From the NCBI GenBank assembly GCA_051531975.1, contig JAOPTT010000003.1, positions 224,001-288,000 on the forward strand: a stretch of 64,000 bases of DNA. Reading direction: 5' to 3'. The stretch is from Spirochaetaceae bacterium. Its GTDB lineage: Bacteria; Spirochaetota; Spirochaetia; DSM-2461. Under the pieces are notes generated by a model. It saw only the letters and a program-made list of their open reading frames with translations. It was not told where the DNA came from and did no database searches. Positions within the stretch are counted from its first letter, which is position 1. Each line of letters starts with the position of its first letter. The position numbers and the translations under genes were made by a program. Of the stretch, positions 21,552-32,245 are shown one piece after another.

Positions 21552-24500
21552 GAGTGTATTTAACCAGTGCATCTTTGAAGTTATACTTATTTATTAAAGC
21601 ACCTAATTCTACAATCTCATTGGCTAGACCAGATGGTAAAATATAGTTATTTATTGTCTGTAAAGTTATTTTGAGGTCTTTTGGTTTTCTCTTATCAAGA
21701 TTAGGTTTTAATTCCAATATTAATTTTTTCAACACACCAGATTCTATTTCTAACTTAATGTTCTCTTTAGTTTTTATTAATGAGCTTAAGTTAGCCTTGC
21801 CTATATTAGTAATTAAGGATGATAAAACTATGTCGAAATCTTCAAGGTCAGAACTACTTATTTGCTCTGAATTTAAAATCTCTTCTAAAACTAGAGACTT
21901 TTGCTGTACTAGTTTTGCTCCAAGATTCCCTGCAACACCCTTAATAGTATGGATAATTCTTTTGACTGTTTCAAAGTCACTGTTATTAATTAGTTCTTTA
22001 ATTTCTGTAATAGAATTCAGATATTCAGTTTTAAATTTAAGTAATAGATCTATATACAATAATTTATTACCACCTAAATGTCCTAAACCATCTTGAATAT
22101 CTAGACCTTCTATATCCGGTATGTTTACTGTTTTTTTATCTCTGTTCTCTTTTATATTCTGGGATGTTTTTGGAATCTCTCGTTTTCCTGGTTTTATCCA
22201 TAATACAAGGGTTTCCCATAAGTTCTTTGGTATTATTGGTTTTGTAACATAGTCATTCATTCCAACATCTTTAACCTGATCTCTTACCCCTGTCATAGCA
22301 TCTGCTGTCATAGCAACTATTGGTAGGTCATCAAAATCTGGATTTGTCCTTATCTGTCTCGTAGCATCGTAACCATCTAGAATTGGCATCTGTAAATCCA
22401 TTAAAACAAGATCGTATACTGTTTTACCATTAGTTACTATTTCAACACCTTCTTTTCCATCATTTGCAATATCAACAACAAAACCTTCTTGCTCTAATAA
22501 CTCTTTTGCAACTTGTTGATTTATCTCATTATCCTCAACTAATAAAAGCCGTGCTCCACAAATATTCTTGAAACCATCAGGTCTATCTTCATCGGTAGAT
22601 TTAACTAGCTTAACTTGGTTTGAATTTTTACCAAAAACATCCATTATAGTATCAAACAACATAGAAGGGCTTACGGGTTTTAGGAGGAATCCTTGTAGAT
22701 CAGCCATTTCTGCCTGTTGCATAATCTCCTCTCTTGCAACTCCTGTAACCATAACTATTAGTGGGATATGTACATTCTCAAGCTCTTCCCTAATTCTATT
22801 TGAAGTTTCAATTCCATTAAGACCAGGCATTTTATAATCCATTAAAATCAGATCATAATCTATATCTCTACTTGCTTTAGACTGTACTAACTCTCTAATT
22901 GCTAATTCTCCAGAAGAGACAGCTGTAACTTTGAAAGAAAAGTCTTCTAAGTAAGAAGTTAAAACATCCCGAGCGGTTTTGTTGTCATCTACAACTAAAA
23001 CGTTAAAACCTGAAATATCATCTGGTAATACATTTTCTTCAGCTTTACCTTCTTTCCCTATTTCAAATTTTCCTGTAAAAAAGAATGTACTACCTTTTCC
23101 ATATTCACTACGAACTCCAATGCCGCCACCCATTAATTCTGATAGCCTTTTACTAATTGTTAAACCAAGTCCAGTACCTCCGAACTTTCTAGTTATTGAA
23201 CTATCAGCTTGGGCAAAAGAGTTAAAGAGTTTACCTATCTGCTCTTCTGTTAAACCAATACCTGTATCACGAACTTCAAATTTAAGCACAACTTCGACTT
23301 CGTTAATAGATTCAACTTTAACTGAGACTTCAATCTCTCCTTGAGCAGTAAATTTAATTGCATTATTTGTTAAATTTAGAAGTACCTGCCCAAGTCTTAA
23401 TGGGTCTCCCATTAGGAACCTAGGAATATCCTTAGACTGGTTAAATATTAGCTCTAAGTCATGATCTTTTGCTTTGTGCCCAATTATTTCTGAAAGATCG
23501 GTCATAACATCTTTTAAACTAAATGACCTAGATTCCATATCTAGTTTACCAGCTTCAATTTTAGAAAAATCTAAAATATCGTTAATAATTCCTAAAAGGT
23601 TTTTAGATGAGCTACCTATTTTATCAACATAATCCTGTTGCTTAGATGTTAGATCTGTCCTCGACAGAAGATTATCAAGACCAATTATTGCATTCATAGG
23701 AGTTCGTATTTCATGGGACATATTTGCCAAAAAATCACTCTTAGATTTATTAGCATCTTCTGCTCTTAACGTTGCATCTTTTAACTCTATTACAAATGAA
23801 CGAACAAAAAACAGGACAATTATCCCAATAATTAGGGATAGAAGGGAGATAAAAAGTGTAATACTTACAGCTTTATTTATTGCTTGTTCAGCATGTGGTC
23901 CTAGGATATCTTGCTCATTTTTAATTGTTAGTTTTAATTGCTCTATCTCATGGGCGACACTAGGACCAGTTTTATCTAATTTGTTTTTTATAACATCATT
24001 TCTAGAAGTAATTGCCTCGTAGACTAAATTAAAATTACTTCTGTATTTGTTTATAGTGAATTTTAATGATTTAGCAATTTCTAACCGGTTTGGATCTTCT
24101 ATATATGAAAAAAGTTTAGAATAGTTTTCCGACATAATAGAAAATTCTTTAATAACACGGGTATAAGCAACATCTTCATTAGTTACTAAATATCGTGTTG
24201 CATATATTCTAGCAAGTAACAAATTTCTCAATGTCTCACCTGCCCAGTATGTGACATCTTTATCTGAGTCAAGATAAGCACTTTCCATAATTGTGGTTAA
24301 ATCTCTCTCGATCTGAGGACCAATAACATTTAGTACATCATTAACATAATCATTTCTTAACGTTTGATATATTATTACATCATTAAAGTTACTAATGTAA
24401 CCATTTAATTCAACTCTTAAGTGACCAATGATGTTGCTAAGCTCATCATTGGTTGAGCTAATAGAAGCTACTTCGATCATATCTAGGGTTAGTTGTGCTC

Positions 24501-24756
24501 TTTGATTTACACCATTAATACTCTCGGTGTCTGGGTCAATAATAAAGTTTTTTACAAATAACCTAGTCATTAACATATTTGCTTGGACTCGCCCATATGC
24601 ATTTGTCTGCCTAGCTAGGGTTCTATACTCTTTAAAATTCTTATCTGCTCTTACTAAATTTATAGTCCCAATTCCTGCAATTAAAAAAAGTAAAAGTAAT
24701 ATAATTACAAAACCAAATATGACCTTTTTCCATATATTTACTTTATGATTCTTCAA
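21508..24756 (-). CDS. Hybrid histidine kinase with helical periplasmic (HBM-like) sensor, 2 REC and HPt
   Basis: Two TM helices flanking a ~260-aa helical domain; [17 protein letters not shown], two receivers and HTIKGVAG. Confidence 0.92.
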   Translation of the reverse strand: MKNHKVNIWKKVIFGFVIILLLLFLIAGIGTINLVRADKNFKEYRTLARQTNAYGRVQANMLMTRLFVKNFIIDPDTESINGVNQRAQLTLDMIEVASISSTNDELSNIIGHLRVELNGYISNFNDVIIYQTLRNDYVNDVLNVIGPQIERDLTTIMESAYLDSDKDVTYWAGETLRNLLLARIYATRYLVTNEDVAYTRVIKEFSIMSENYSKLFSYIEDPNRLEIAKSLKFTINKYRSNFNLVYEAITSRNDVIKNKLDKTGPSVAHEIEQLKLTIKNEQDILGPHAEQAINKAVSITLFISLLSLIIGIIVLFFVRSFVIELKDATLRAEDANKSKSDFLANMSHEIRTPMNAIIGLDNLLSRTDLTSKQQDYVDKIGSSSKNLLGIINDILDFSKIEAGKLDMESRSFSLKDVMTDLSEIIGHKAKDHDLELIFNQSKDIPRFLMGDPLRLGQVLLNLTNNAIKFTAQGEIEVSVKVESINEVEVVLKFEVRDTGIGLTEEQIGKLFNSFAQADSSITRKFGGTGLGLTISKRLSELMGGGIGVRSEYGKGSTFFFTGKFEIGKEGKAEENVLPDDISGFNVLVVDDNKTARDVLTSYLEDFSFKVTAVSSGELAIRELVQSKASRDIDYDLILMDYKMPGLNGIETSNRIREELENVHIPLIVMVTGVAREEIMQQAEMADLQGFLLKPVSPSMLFDTIMDVFGKNSNQVKLVKSTDEDRPDGFKNICGARLLLVEDNEINQQVAKELLEQEGFVVDIANDGKEGVEIVTNGKTVYDLVLMDLQMPILDGYDATRQIRTNPDFDDLPIVAMTADAMTGVRDQVKDVGMNDYVTKPIIPKNLWETLVLWIKPGKREIPKTSQNIKENRDKKTVNIPDIEGLDIQDGLGHLGGNKLLYIDLLLKFKTEYLNSITEIKELINNSDFETVKRIIHTIKGVAGNLGAKLVQQKSLVLEEILNSEQISSSDLEDFDIVLSSLITNIGKANLSSLIKTKENIKLEIESGVLKKLILELKPNLDKRKPKDLKITLQTINNYILPSGLANEIVELGALINKYNFKDALVKYTLILETLDNPLERDS

Positions 24757-24915
24757 TTATCACACTTCCCAATATAATTTTATATATAACTATACTAAAA
24801 TGATAAGCATTCTCATTAAATTGTCTACTAAATTTGCTGTATTCATATAAAAAACTAAAAAAAGACTCAAGACTATTCCAATAGAGGAATTGTTGTCAAA
24901 ATCCGTTATTACTTA

Positions 24916-26796
24916 TTATCTGCGGTATACCATCTGGAACTCTGTAGTTCCACTTCTTAATATAGGATTAATATTCTTAATCTTAATCCTCCAAAGAGTT
25001 TTAACTCCCCAACTTCCCATTTTATGATCATCTTCAGGAATCTCTTTAGGTTCTACCTCTAGGTTGTAGTTTTTATAATCCCAAGTCATATCAAACTGAC
25101 CTTTACTTGACTCTATGGTTAATAGACCGGGCTTATCATTAGACAGTTTAGGTCTAGCTACAAACATAAAATTCCAACAGATGTTATTATTATCTTTTTC
25201 AAAACCATAAGAATCTATTAATCTAATTGATGAGTTCTCCCTATTTAAAAACAATTGTCTATTCCAAAGGTTTACTCCGGACTTTATAGGATACGCATTT
25301 GATATGCTCATGGAAACACTATCACCTGACTTATGGAAGTTGTCACATTCAAAGCTTTGTCCCACTTCCTGACAGGTTCCGTTAATAGTTGGTAGGTTAT
25401 GCCAACCGGACTGCATGGTCCAGATTGCATAACGTTTATGATTAAATGTATCCTTTGTATAATCTCCAACCCCAGGGTCGATAACCATAGGTTCCCCATC
25501 GGCATAAATTACAAACTGACCTACATCGTTATGGTTATGACACTCGTTATTATGTCCACCTTTACAGGCTAACATTAGTCCTGATTTGGTGTCATTAAAT
25601 ATGGCAATTTGCAGATCTTCAAAGAGGTCCGTTTCCAGTTTACCGGTATTAACATTTTCATCTAAACTGACGCTGGCAAATAGATTTCGAATCAGTCTGA
25701 ATGATGAAAATGCCTCTTCGAAAACATCTTTGTTATCCAGATCCACTGGATTATTCTTTTGTGATTCTAATGCAAACTTTATTAATGATTGGTTGTTTAC
25801 TGCTTTACCTATCCGGGCTATCAAACCATATGGAAGAGAGTCCAACTTACCGGAAGAGTCAGCAAAGTTTATAAAATAGTTTTCTGATATAAACATTCTT
25901 TCCAGATATGATGCAGCTTTTTTAAACCACTTATCCTGGAAAGGTTCTTCAGTACTATCACATGCAAAATTCAGAATATCCAGACAGTCATAAAGTGATC
26001 CGATGGAGTGGTTCCAATAGGCAGGGCCTTCGTTACATCCACCATCAGCACTTAATGTTTCTAGATAATTATTGAGTATAGAAACAGCTCTGACAACACC
26101 TTGTTGTGGACTATATTTACTCTTATTCAAAAGAAATAGAGTATGTAGAAAGTTGGAAGTTATCCAGGGATTCCAATTATTAACCGGTCCAAAACCAGGG
26201 GTTTCAACAAACCCCATCCACCACTGGGAACTGTTCTCCATATATGGTTGTATACACCTCTTATAACATTCCAATGTTACTCTTTCTACTAACCTTGGAA
26301 CCTCTTTCATTAAAGGGTCTTTTAGAAGATGAACTGTCATAACCAAAAGGGAGGATGTATTAGCAGCAAAAAGATCCACTATATTATGATCCAAAGGGGG
26401 TAAATTTTCAGTTTGTGGCCAATTATGGGCTGGAACAACCCAGGTGGACTCTTCGCAGATACTACCCAGGGCATTAATTATTCCATCCAACATTTCAGGG
26501 GAATCCTCCCCAACACAATGTGCCAGTACCATATGAATCAGCTTAATCCGTCTATCAAAATAGAGTTTTTGAAACCTTTTTCTGTTTCCAGTTCTATGAA
26601 AATCCATATAGAGGGTAGTAGGTATGTTACTCCATGGTTCTTGTAGTGCAGTTAAACCGGTTTTTTTAATCTCTTCTATCTTATTGATATCTAAAGATCT
26701 CCACCGGTTTTTAGATTTTGTGCCTGGTAGATAACTCTCTAGGTCGATAGTTTCTTTTAATCTGGCATCAACACTATTCAACCAATTTTGTAACAT
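24916..26796 (-). CDS. Heparinase II/III-like polysaccharide lyase
   Basis: NNWNPW, DGGCNEGPAYW, KGGHNNECHNHNDVG, IDPGVGDY and WHNLPTING motifs. Confidence 0.85.
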   Translation of the reverse strand: MLQNWLNSVDARLKETIDLESYLPGTKSKNRWRSLDINKIEEIKKTGLTALQEPWSNIPTTLYMDFHRTGNRKRFQKLYFDRRIKLIHMVLAHCVGEDSPEMLDGIINALGSICEESTWVVPAHNWPQTENLPPLDHNIVDLFAANTSSLLVMTVHLLKDPLMKEVPRLVERVTLECYKRCIQPYMENSSQWWMGFVETPGFGPVNNWNPWITSNFLHTLFLLNKSKYSPQQGVVRAVSILNNYLETLSADGGCNEGPAYWNHSIGSLYDCLDILNFACDSTEEPFQDKWFKKAASYLERMFISENYFINFADSSGKLDSLPYGLIARIGKAVNNQSLIKFALESQKNNPVDLDNKDVFEEAFSSFRLIRNLFASVSLDENVNTGKLETDLFEDLQIAIFNDTKSGLMLACKGGHNNECHNHNDVGQFVIYADGEPMVIDPGVGDYTKDTFNHKRYAIWTMQSGWHNLPTINGTCQEVGQSFECDNFHKSGDSVSMSISNAYPIKSGVNLWNRQLFLNRENSSIRLIDSYGFEKDNNNICWNFMFVARPKLSNDKPGLLTIESSKGQFDMTWDYKNYNLEVEPKEIPEDDHKMGSWGVKTLWRIKIKNINPILRSGTTEFQMVYRR

Positions 26797-26798
26797 AT

Positions 26799-27617
26799 TT
26801 ACCCCTTAATTCCACTTGATGCGATACCTGTAATAAAATATTTCTGCAGAGCTAAAAATAGTATCATTACAGGTACGATTGATACTAATGCCGCGGCCAT
26901 CTGAGGCCCAAAATAGATCTCATACTCTCCAACAAAATCTGTCATCCCCAATGGTAGAGTCTTCAATTCAGCATCAGCCAGGTAAATCAGAGCAGAGAAG
27001 AATTCATTCCAAAACCACCTAAAAGAGAAAATTAGTACTGTCGCTATTACTGTTTTAGCAAGAGGCATTATAATATGTAAAAATATTGTCCACTCTTTAG
27101 CCCCGTCAATTCTTGCAGACTCTAATAGTGAGTTTGGAATTGTCATAAAAAACTGTTTAATTAAAAAAGTTCCGAATACAGAAAACGAACCAACTAAAAT
27201 AAGAGCTAAGTGGGTATTGTAGAGTCCAAGAGTTTTAATTATTACAAACTGGGGAATTATTATAACCTGTATTGGAATCATCATAGACATTAAATATAGG
27301 ATAAATAGGGAGTCACGTCCCTTCCACTTTAGTTTAGCAAAAGCGTAGGCACTGGTTGTTGCTGTAATTAGCTGAATTGCTGTTGTAAAAAAAGTAACTT
27401 TTACAGAGTTCCAAATATATAGTGGAAACTTTGTTAGTTGTTTGAAATTAAATAGCCCCGAATCTTTTGTAAAAAGAGAGATAGGAGAATCAAAAATATC
27501 AATTTCGGTTTTAAAAGATGCAGTTATAATAACATACAATGGTAACAGTATTAATAGTGTCATTAATATTAAAAAACACCATGATATAGATTTTTTTATA
27601 AGGTTATTAAATGTCAT
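26799..27617 (-). CDS. Carbohydrate ABC permease (MalG/UgpE-like)
   Basis: EAA loop LLESARIDGA; TM helices. Confidence 0.93.
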   Translation of the reverse strand: MTFNNLIKKSISWCFLILMTLLILLPLYVIITASFKTEIDIFDSPISLFTKDSGLFNFKQLTKFPLYIWNSVKVTFFTTAIQLITATTSAYAFAKLKWKGRDSLFILYLMSMMIPIQVIIIPQFVIIKTLGLYNTHLALILVGSFSVFGTFLIKQFFMTIPNSLLESARIDGAKEWTIFLHIIMPLAKTVIATVLIFSFRWFWNEFFSALIYLADAELKTLPLGMTDFVGEYEIYFGPQMAAALVSIVPVMILFLALQKYFITGIASSGIKG

Positions 27618-28506
27618 AAGTCACCCACTTCTTCTGCTGTCTATACTGTAAAAGTGTTACAGTTAAAATGATAATTAAAAGCAATAAAGATTCTGCAGCA
27701 GCATATCCAAATCTATAGTTAATAAACGAGTTAATATAGACATCAAATACCACAACATTTGTTGAACCCGCTGGTCCACCACCTAACTGGCCGCCTGTCA
27801 TCATAAATACCTGGCCAAAAACCTTAAAACTACCAATAATGGACATTGTTAAAGCAAAAAACATAGTAGGACTTAACATTGGAAGAGTAATTTTAAAAAA
27901 TGTTGTAAAACTTCCGGCACCATCAATAGACGCAGCTTCGTACAGGGATGTATTTATCGATTGTAATCCACCTAAAAAAATTATCATGTAGTATCCAAAA
28001 GTCATCCAGACTGTTACAAAAATAATTGTATATAAAGCAGTATCAGGGCTTGTAAGCCAAGATGATGCCTCTAATCCTAAAAAAAGCAGTAGTTTGTTAG
28101 CAGCACCACTATTAGGATGAAAAATTAGGGAAAATGCCAATGAGATACCTACAGTAGACAGCACGTTTGGCATAAAAAAGAGACTTCTAAAGAACTTTTT
28201 ACCACGGATGTTACCATTTAAAATTGAGGCGAATAATAAGCCCAAAACTATCTGGAATATCACAGTAATTATTACAAATTGAATTGTTATAGCTAAAGAT
28301 TGTCTGAAAATTGAACTATCTATTAATTGGGTGAAGTTTCTAAGCCCAACAAATTTCCATTTGGGACCACCTGAATAGTTAGTAAATGCAAAGCCTAATG
28401 TGGTTATCATTGGAATAAAAACAAAAAGTATAAAACCTGAAAACCCAGGTAAAAGAAAAGATAGAACAGTAAACCAGTTGGTTTTTTCTAAAGTCTTTTT
28501 TTTCAT
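27607..28506 (-). CDS. Carbohydrate ABC permease (MalF/UgpA-like)
   Basis: LYEAASIDGA..FFKITLPML motif. Confidence 0.93.
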   Translation of the reverse strand: MKKKTLEKTNWFTVLSFLLPGFSGFILFVFIPMITTLGFAFTNYSGGPKWKFVGLRNFTQLIDSSIFRQSLAITIQFVIITVIFQIVLGLLFASILNGNIRGKKFFRSLFFMPNVLSTVGISLAFSLIFHPNSGAANKLLLFLGLEASSWLTSPDTALYTIIFVTVWMTFGYYMIIFLGGLQSINTSLYEAASIDGAGSFTTFFKITLPMLSPTMFFALTMSIIGSFKVFGQVFMMTGGQLGGGPAGSTNVVVFDVYINSFINYRFGYAAAESLLLLIIILTVTLLQYRQQKKWVTYDI

Positions 28507-28527
28507 GCTGATCTCCTCCAGAGAGAA

Positions 28528-28557
28528 CTATAGCCCACCATTAAGGCAAGGCTATAG
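28528..28557 (-). other. Intergenic stem-loop after the solute-binding protein gene (mRNA stabiliser or partial terminator)
   Basis: Perfect 8-bp inverted repeat CTATAGCC...GGCTATAG between the SBP and permease genes. Confidence 0.55.
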
Positions 28558-28565
28558 GTTTATTA

Positions 28566-29864
28566 TTAGTCAGTTGTATCAGATACTATCTGAAGCTCTT
28601 TTTCCATTGTTGATAAGTAGTCCACTTCTGCAATTTCACCTAATAAATACATCTCAGTAAACCGGCTTATTGTCTGCTCTACACGGCTTCCGTACTTATT
28701 ATAGAACATAGGAAGAACCGGAACATCTTCAAGGAAATATTCTAGGGATGCTGGATCTGTTACTGATTCAGATATTATTTCTTTAATATCACTGTTTACA
28801 ACAGGGGGTAACAGTCCAAGTTTAGCGGCTGCCAATGCACCCTCTGAACCTGCGTACCATGATAATACCTTAAATGCTGCCTCTTTCTTTTTAGACCGAG
28901 ATGAGATATGGCCAAACGTAGGAGCTCCAACAGTGTTATACATCGGAGAGTCACTAGGCATTCGTGTTATTCTGAAATCTTTCTCTTCCATTGCTACTAC
29001 TTTTCCATCTTTAAAAGCGTTATGCATCATCCCTGCAAACCACTCTCCAATTATTAACATTGGAGCCATACCGCTATACATAACCTGGGAATAATGAGTT
29101 TTAGTAACTAAAAGATCAGTCATTGGTGTCATATCCTGTCCATCTTCTAAAGTTTTCCGAAGTTGAACTGATCTTAAAACACTCTCATCTAAATCTATTG
29201 TTCCATCAGCATTTATAAACTGAACACCTTTTTGTGTTGCAGGAAAAACCTGCTGGCTTCCCCATGTATAGATACAGGAACCATATGTTTTACCATCGTT
29301 TTCTGAAACAGCCTGGGATAGTTCAATAAATTTATCCCAAGTCCACTCTCCTTTTTCTACTAACTGTTGGGGAGTTGGAAGACCTTTATCAGTAAACGCT
29401 TTCTCGTTATAGTATGTATAATATTTCCCAGCTCTAAATGGTAAACCTAATATGTCCTCATCTACTTTTAAAGCAGACTCCCAGGATTTAAGAGTAGAAA
29501 AATCAAATCCCTGACTTTCTATTAAGTTATTAAGTGGTTCGATATATCCATTTGCATTATGGGGAAACATATCTGTCTGCCGTTTCTGAAAATAGATATC
29601 CATCTCCATACCACCAGCTAAAAGTGTAGTTAACTTTGACTCATAATCTGCAGCCGAGATATATTTAGGATTGATAATCACATCTGTAGCCTGTGCATTA
29701 TATGCATCAACCAGTTTGGAATTATCGTCATCACCATTTGACCATACATATAGGTCCACTGAAATGGGTCCCTCAGGTTTAGCTTCAGAACTCTCATTTG
29801 CACCATTTGCAAAGACCACACACATTGGTAGAATTAGTAATAAAACAGCTATAATTTGTTTCAT
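28566..29864 (-). CDS. Sugar ABC solute-binding protein
   Basis: Signal peptide ending VFANGANE; YYNEKAF and WTWDKF motifs; adjacent to permeases. Confidence 0.9.
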   Translation of the reverse strand: MKQIIAVLLLILPMCVVFANGANESSEAKPEGPISVDLYVWSNGDDDNSKLVDAYNAQATDVIINPKYISAADYESKLTTLLAGGMEMDIYFQKRQTDMFPHNANGYIEPLNNLIESQGFDFSTLKSWESALKVDEDILGLPFRAGKYYTYYNEKAFTDKGLPTPQQLVEKGEWTWDKFIELSQAVSENDGKTYGSCIYTWGSQQVFPATQKGVQFINADGTIDLDESVLRSVQLRKTLEDGQDMTPMTDLLVTKTHYSQVMYSGMAPMLIIGEWFAGMMHNAFKDGKVVAMEEKDFRITRMPSDSPMYNTVGAPTFGHISSRSKKKEAAFKVLSWYAGSEGALAAAKLGLLPPVVNSDIKEIISESVTDPASLEYFLEDVPVLPMFYNKYGSRVEQTISRFTEMYLLGEIAEVDYLSTMEKELQIVSDTTD

Positions 29865-29989
29865 TTTTTTGACTCCTTTTTGTCATTTAATCTAAACTCA
29901 GTATGGAACCGAACATTGAAATCGGCATACTTTCAATTTTAACAAATAGTTGTAGATTTACTTTTTTAAACTCTAGAATTTAACAAAAA

Positions 29990-32245
29990 CTACAGTTTTG
30001 AACTCTTTCGTCTAAATTCCGCAGGAGTTTCACCTTTAATTCTCTTGAAACATGTAAAAAAAGAGTTGTAATTTGTAAACCCTGCTGGCTCATAAATCTC
30101 TTTTACAGAGTCACATGTTTCCAATAATAGACGGCAGGCCTCATCTATTCTTTTTGATACCAGGGAATCAGAGAGGGAGATACCGGTATGGTTTTTATAT
30201 ATTTGCCTTAAGTAGTTTGGAGAAAGGTCTAGTTTATCGGCAATAGATTGAACACAGCAGTTAACGTCTTTATAGTGCCCCTCTACATAGTTATGTATAA
30301 GGTTAAAATGTGTAATGCTTTTCCTGCCTGGTTTCTCCAGTTGTTTGAATACCGATTCTAAAATATCCTGAAATACTATTTTGAAATTATCCAAGGTTTC
30401 AAGAGTTTGAGGGGATGAAGCTATATTTTGTAATAAAGATTGAACCTCTTTTACATCCCTATCCTTTAAGAATCTCAGTATTCTGTAGACAAAGATTCTA
30501 ATAAACTGAATAAAGTCCTGATAAGTACCACCCTTTAATATATTAACCAACTCTTCCAGTTTCTTTATAACACCTGCAATATCCCCTTGTCTCATAAATT
30601 GAAATAGGCGGTCAGAAATATCCCCGGGGTAGATAATTGAACTCTTATCCTGATTCGAGTATGGAACTATAGCTCCAAATCCTGTTGAAAACTTTCCCCC
30701 AACAGCGGACAAAACTTTTGGATACATCTCTTTAAGTCTCAGTACATTCCAATTTTGTCTATGAATCCACGATATACTAACAGAACAGGAGAGATTTTGT
30801 TTTAAAGTGGTCTGTATAACTTCCATTACCTTTAAATACTCTTCCGGTTCCCCTGAAAACAGACAGATAATATTTCTATTATCCATATCCACCAGTGTCT
30901 GAGTAAAATCCCATATGTTTTCCTGAATAATTTCTACAATGGATTTTCTAAAAGATCTAAGAGCTTCCGGCTCCATTTCTTGTGCAATTCTGTAATAGTT
31001 ATCTATCTGAATTAAAAACATGCTTAGAGGATTTCTAATAAGATCCATATCTTCAGTAGATAGTTCTTCTTCCCAACTGTGATACTCCTGTCCATCTATA
31101 ATTGAACGCAATATTTCTAATCTATAATCATCCTGTAGATTTAATAATGTCCCTTCTAAAGATATATTTCTATTTAAAATATTTTTAAATTTATTTGAAA
31201 TAAAACTCATCTCGTGACTATCCCGATTGGTATAAGACGATTCTGTTGTAACATCACCTGCCATAATATGCATTAAGGAGTCTATTGGTTTGTAAACTTT
31301 TCTGGTTGCAAAATAAGATAAAACAACACTTAAAAACAGTATACCAAGCATAATAATAAAAGATGTTCTACTAACTGTAAAAATCTCCTGATTAATATGA
31401 TCCAAGGGTATAACTCCAATAAAATACCAGCCTAAACTATAATTAAACTGATAAGAAACTAACTGATTATTAACGGTTATCAATGTACCACGCTCTTTGC
31501 CATGCTTTTTTAATAGGGGAAATATTGAGTTAAAATCTGTATTGCTACCCCTGTTGCTTTGACAAATCAGCTCACCCTGGCCATTTATTACAAAGATCTC
31601 ATCACTTTGTGACCCATACTTTGTACTTAACAGTTTATCCAGCTCCAAAACATCAATATTTGATATCAAAGCACCATTAAGGCGTCTGTTGTCCTTAGTT
31701 GGTATACCCATAAACAGAGTTAAAACAGGCAATGACCCTATAGCAGTATTTTGGGCGTAATGGACAGCATCCCTAGGCAGATAACTCTCTATCCGGTTAC
31801 TGCCATGTTTATTGACAATATTAAGAACATCTTTATCAAAAAAGTCTTCAGATTTTTGTAAACCATTAGATGTAGAAATAAAATAATCTTTCTGTCCATT
31901 ATAAAGATATAGAGAGTCTATTAGAGGATATGTATATAATAATTGATCAAGAGTTGCTATTCCATCCAGCATTTCCCGCGTGGATATATCCTGCCCGTAC
32001 ATCAGCTTAAATAGATTACGGTTATTATAACTTGCCTCTTTTAATCCCGGGATCAGTTGGGAATGCAGTACATCGAACATTTGACTGACCTGGGAAATTG
32101 AAGTCAGGGCTCTCTTGGAGAAAGCCCCTTCTATTATATGTTGTGTACTCCTAAAAAAAAGTCCCATAGAGAAGAGGACAACGAAACTGGTAACTAAAAG
32201 AAATAACCCTAATATTGTGGTAAAATAACTTTTTTTTTTACTCAA
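29990..32245 (-). CDS. Membrane-anchored AraC regulator with Cache-like sensor (YesS-like)
   Basis: Two TM helices, extracytoplasmic domain and C-terminal AraC HTH (GFTNYNSFFTCFKR..GETPAEFR). Confidence 0.88.
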   Translation of the reverse strand: MSKKKSYFTTILGLFLLVTSFVVLFSMGLFFRSTQHIIEGAFSKRALTSISQVSQMFDVLHSQLIPGLKEASYNNRNLFKLMYGQDISTREMLDGIATLDQLLYTYPLIDSLYLYNGQKDYFISTSNGLQKSEDFFDKDVLNIVNKHGSNRIESYLPRDAVHYAQNTAIGSLPVLTLFMGIPTKDNRRLNGALISNIDVLELDKLLSTKYGSQSDEIFVINGQGELICQSNRGSNTDFNSIFPLLKKHGKERGTLITVNNQLVSYQFNYSLGWYFIGVIPLDHINQEIFTVSRTSFIIMLGILFLSVVLSYFATRKVYKPIDSLMHIMAGDVTTESSYTNRDSHEMSFISNKFKNILNRNISLEGTLLNLQDDYRLEILRSIIDGQEYHSWEEELSTEDMDLIRNPLSMFLIQIDNYYRIAQEMEPEALRSFRKSIVEIIQENIWDFTQTLVDMDNRNIICLFSGEPEEYLKVMEVIQTTLKQNLSCSVSISWIHRQNWNVLRLKEMYPKVLSAVGGKFSTGFGAIVPYSNQDKSSIIYPGDISDRLFQFMRQGDIAGVIKKLEELVNILKGGTYQDFIQFIRIFVYRILRFLKDRDVKEVQSLLQNIASSPQTLETLDNFKIVFQDILESVFKQLEKPGRKSITHFNLIHNYVEGHYKDVNCCVQSIADKLDLSPNYLRQIYKNHTGISLSDSLVSKRIDEACRLLLETCDSVKEIYEPAGFTNYNSFFTCFKRIKGETPAEFRRKSSKL

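Noticed and set aside
29935..29987. TTTAACAAA repeats 41 bp apart upstream of the SBP (possible AraC sites)
   Set aside because: Too AT-rich and short to separate from background.
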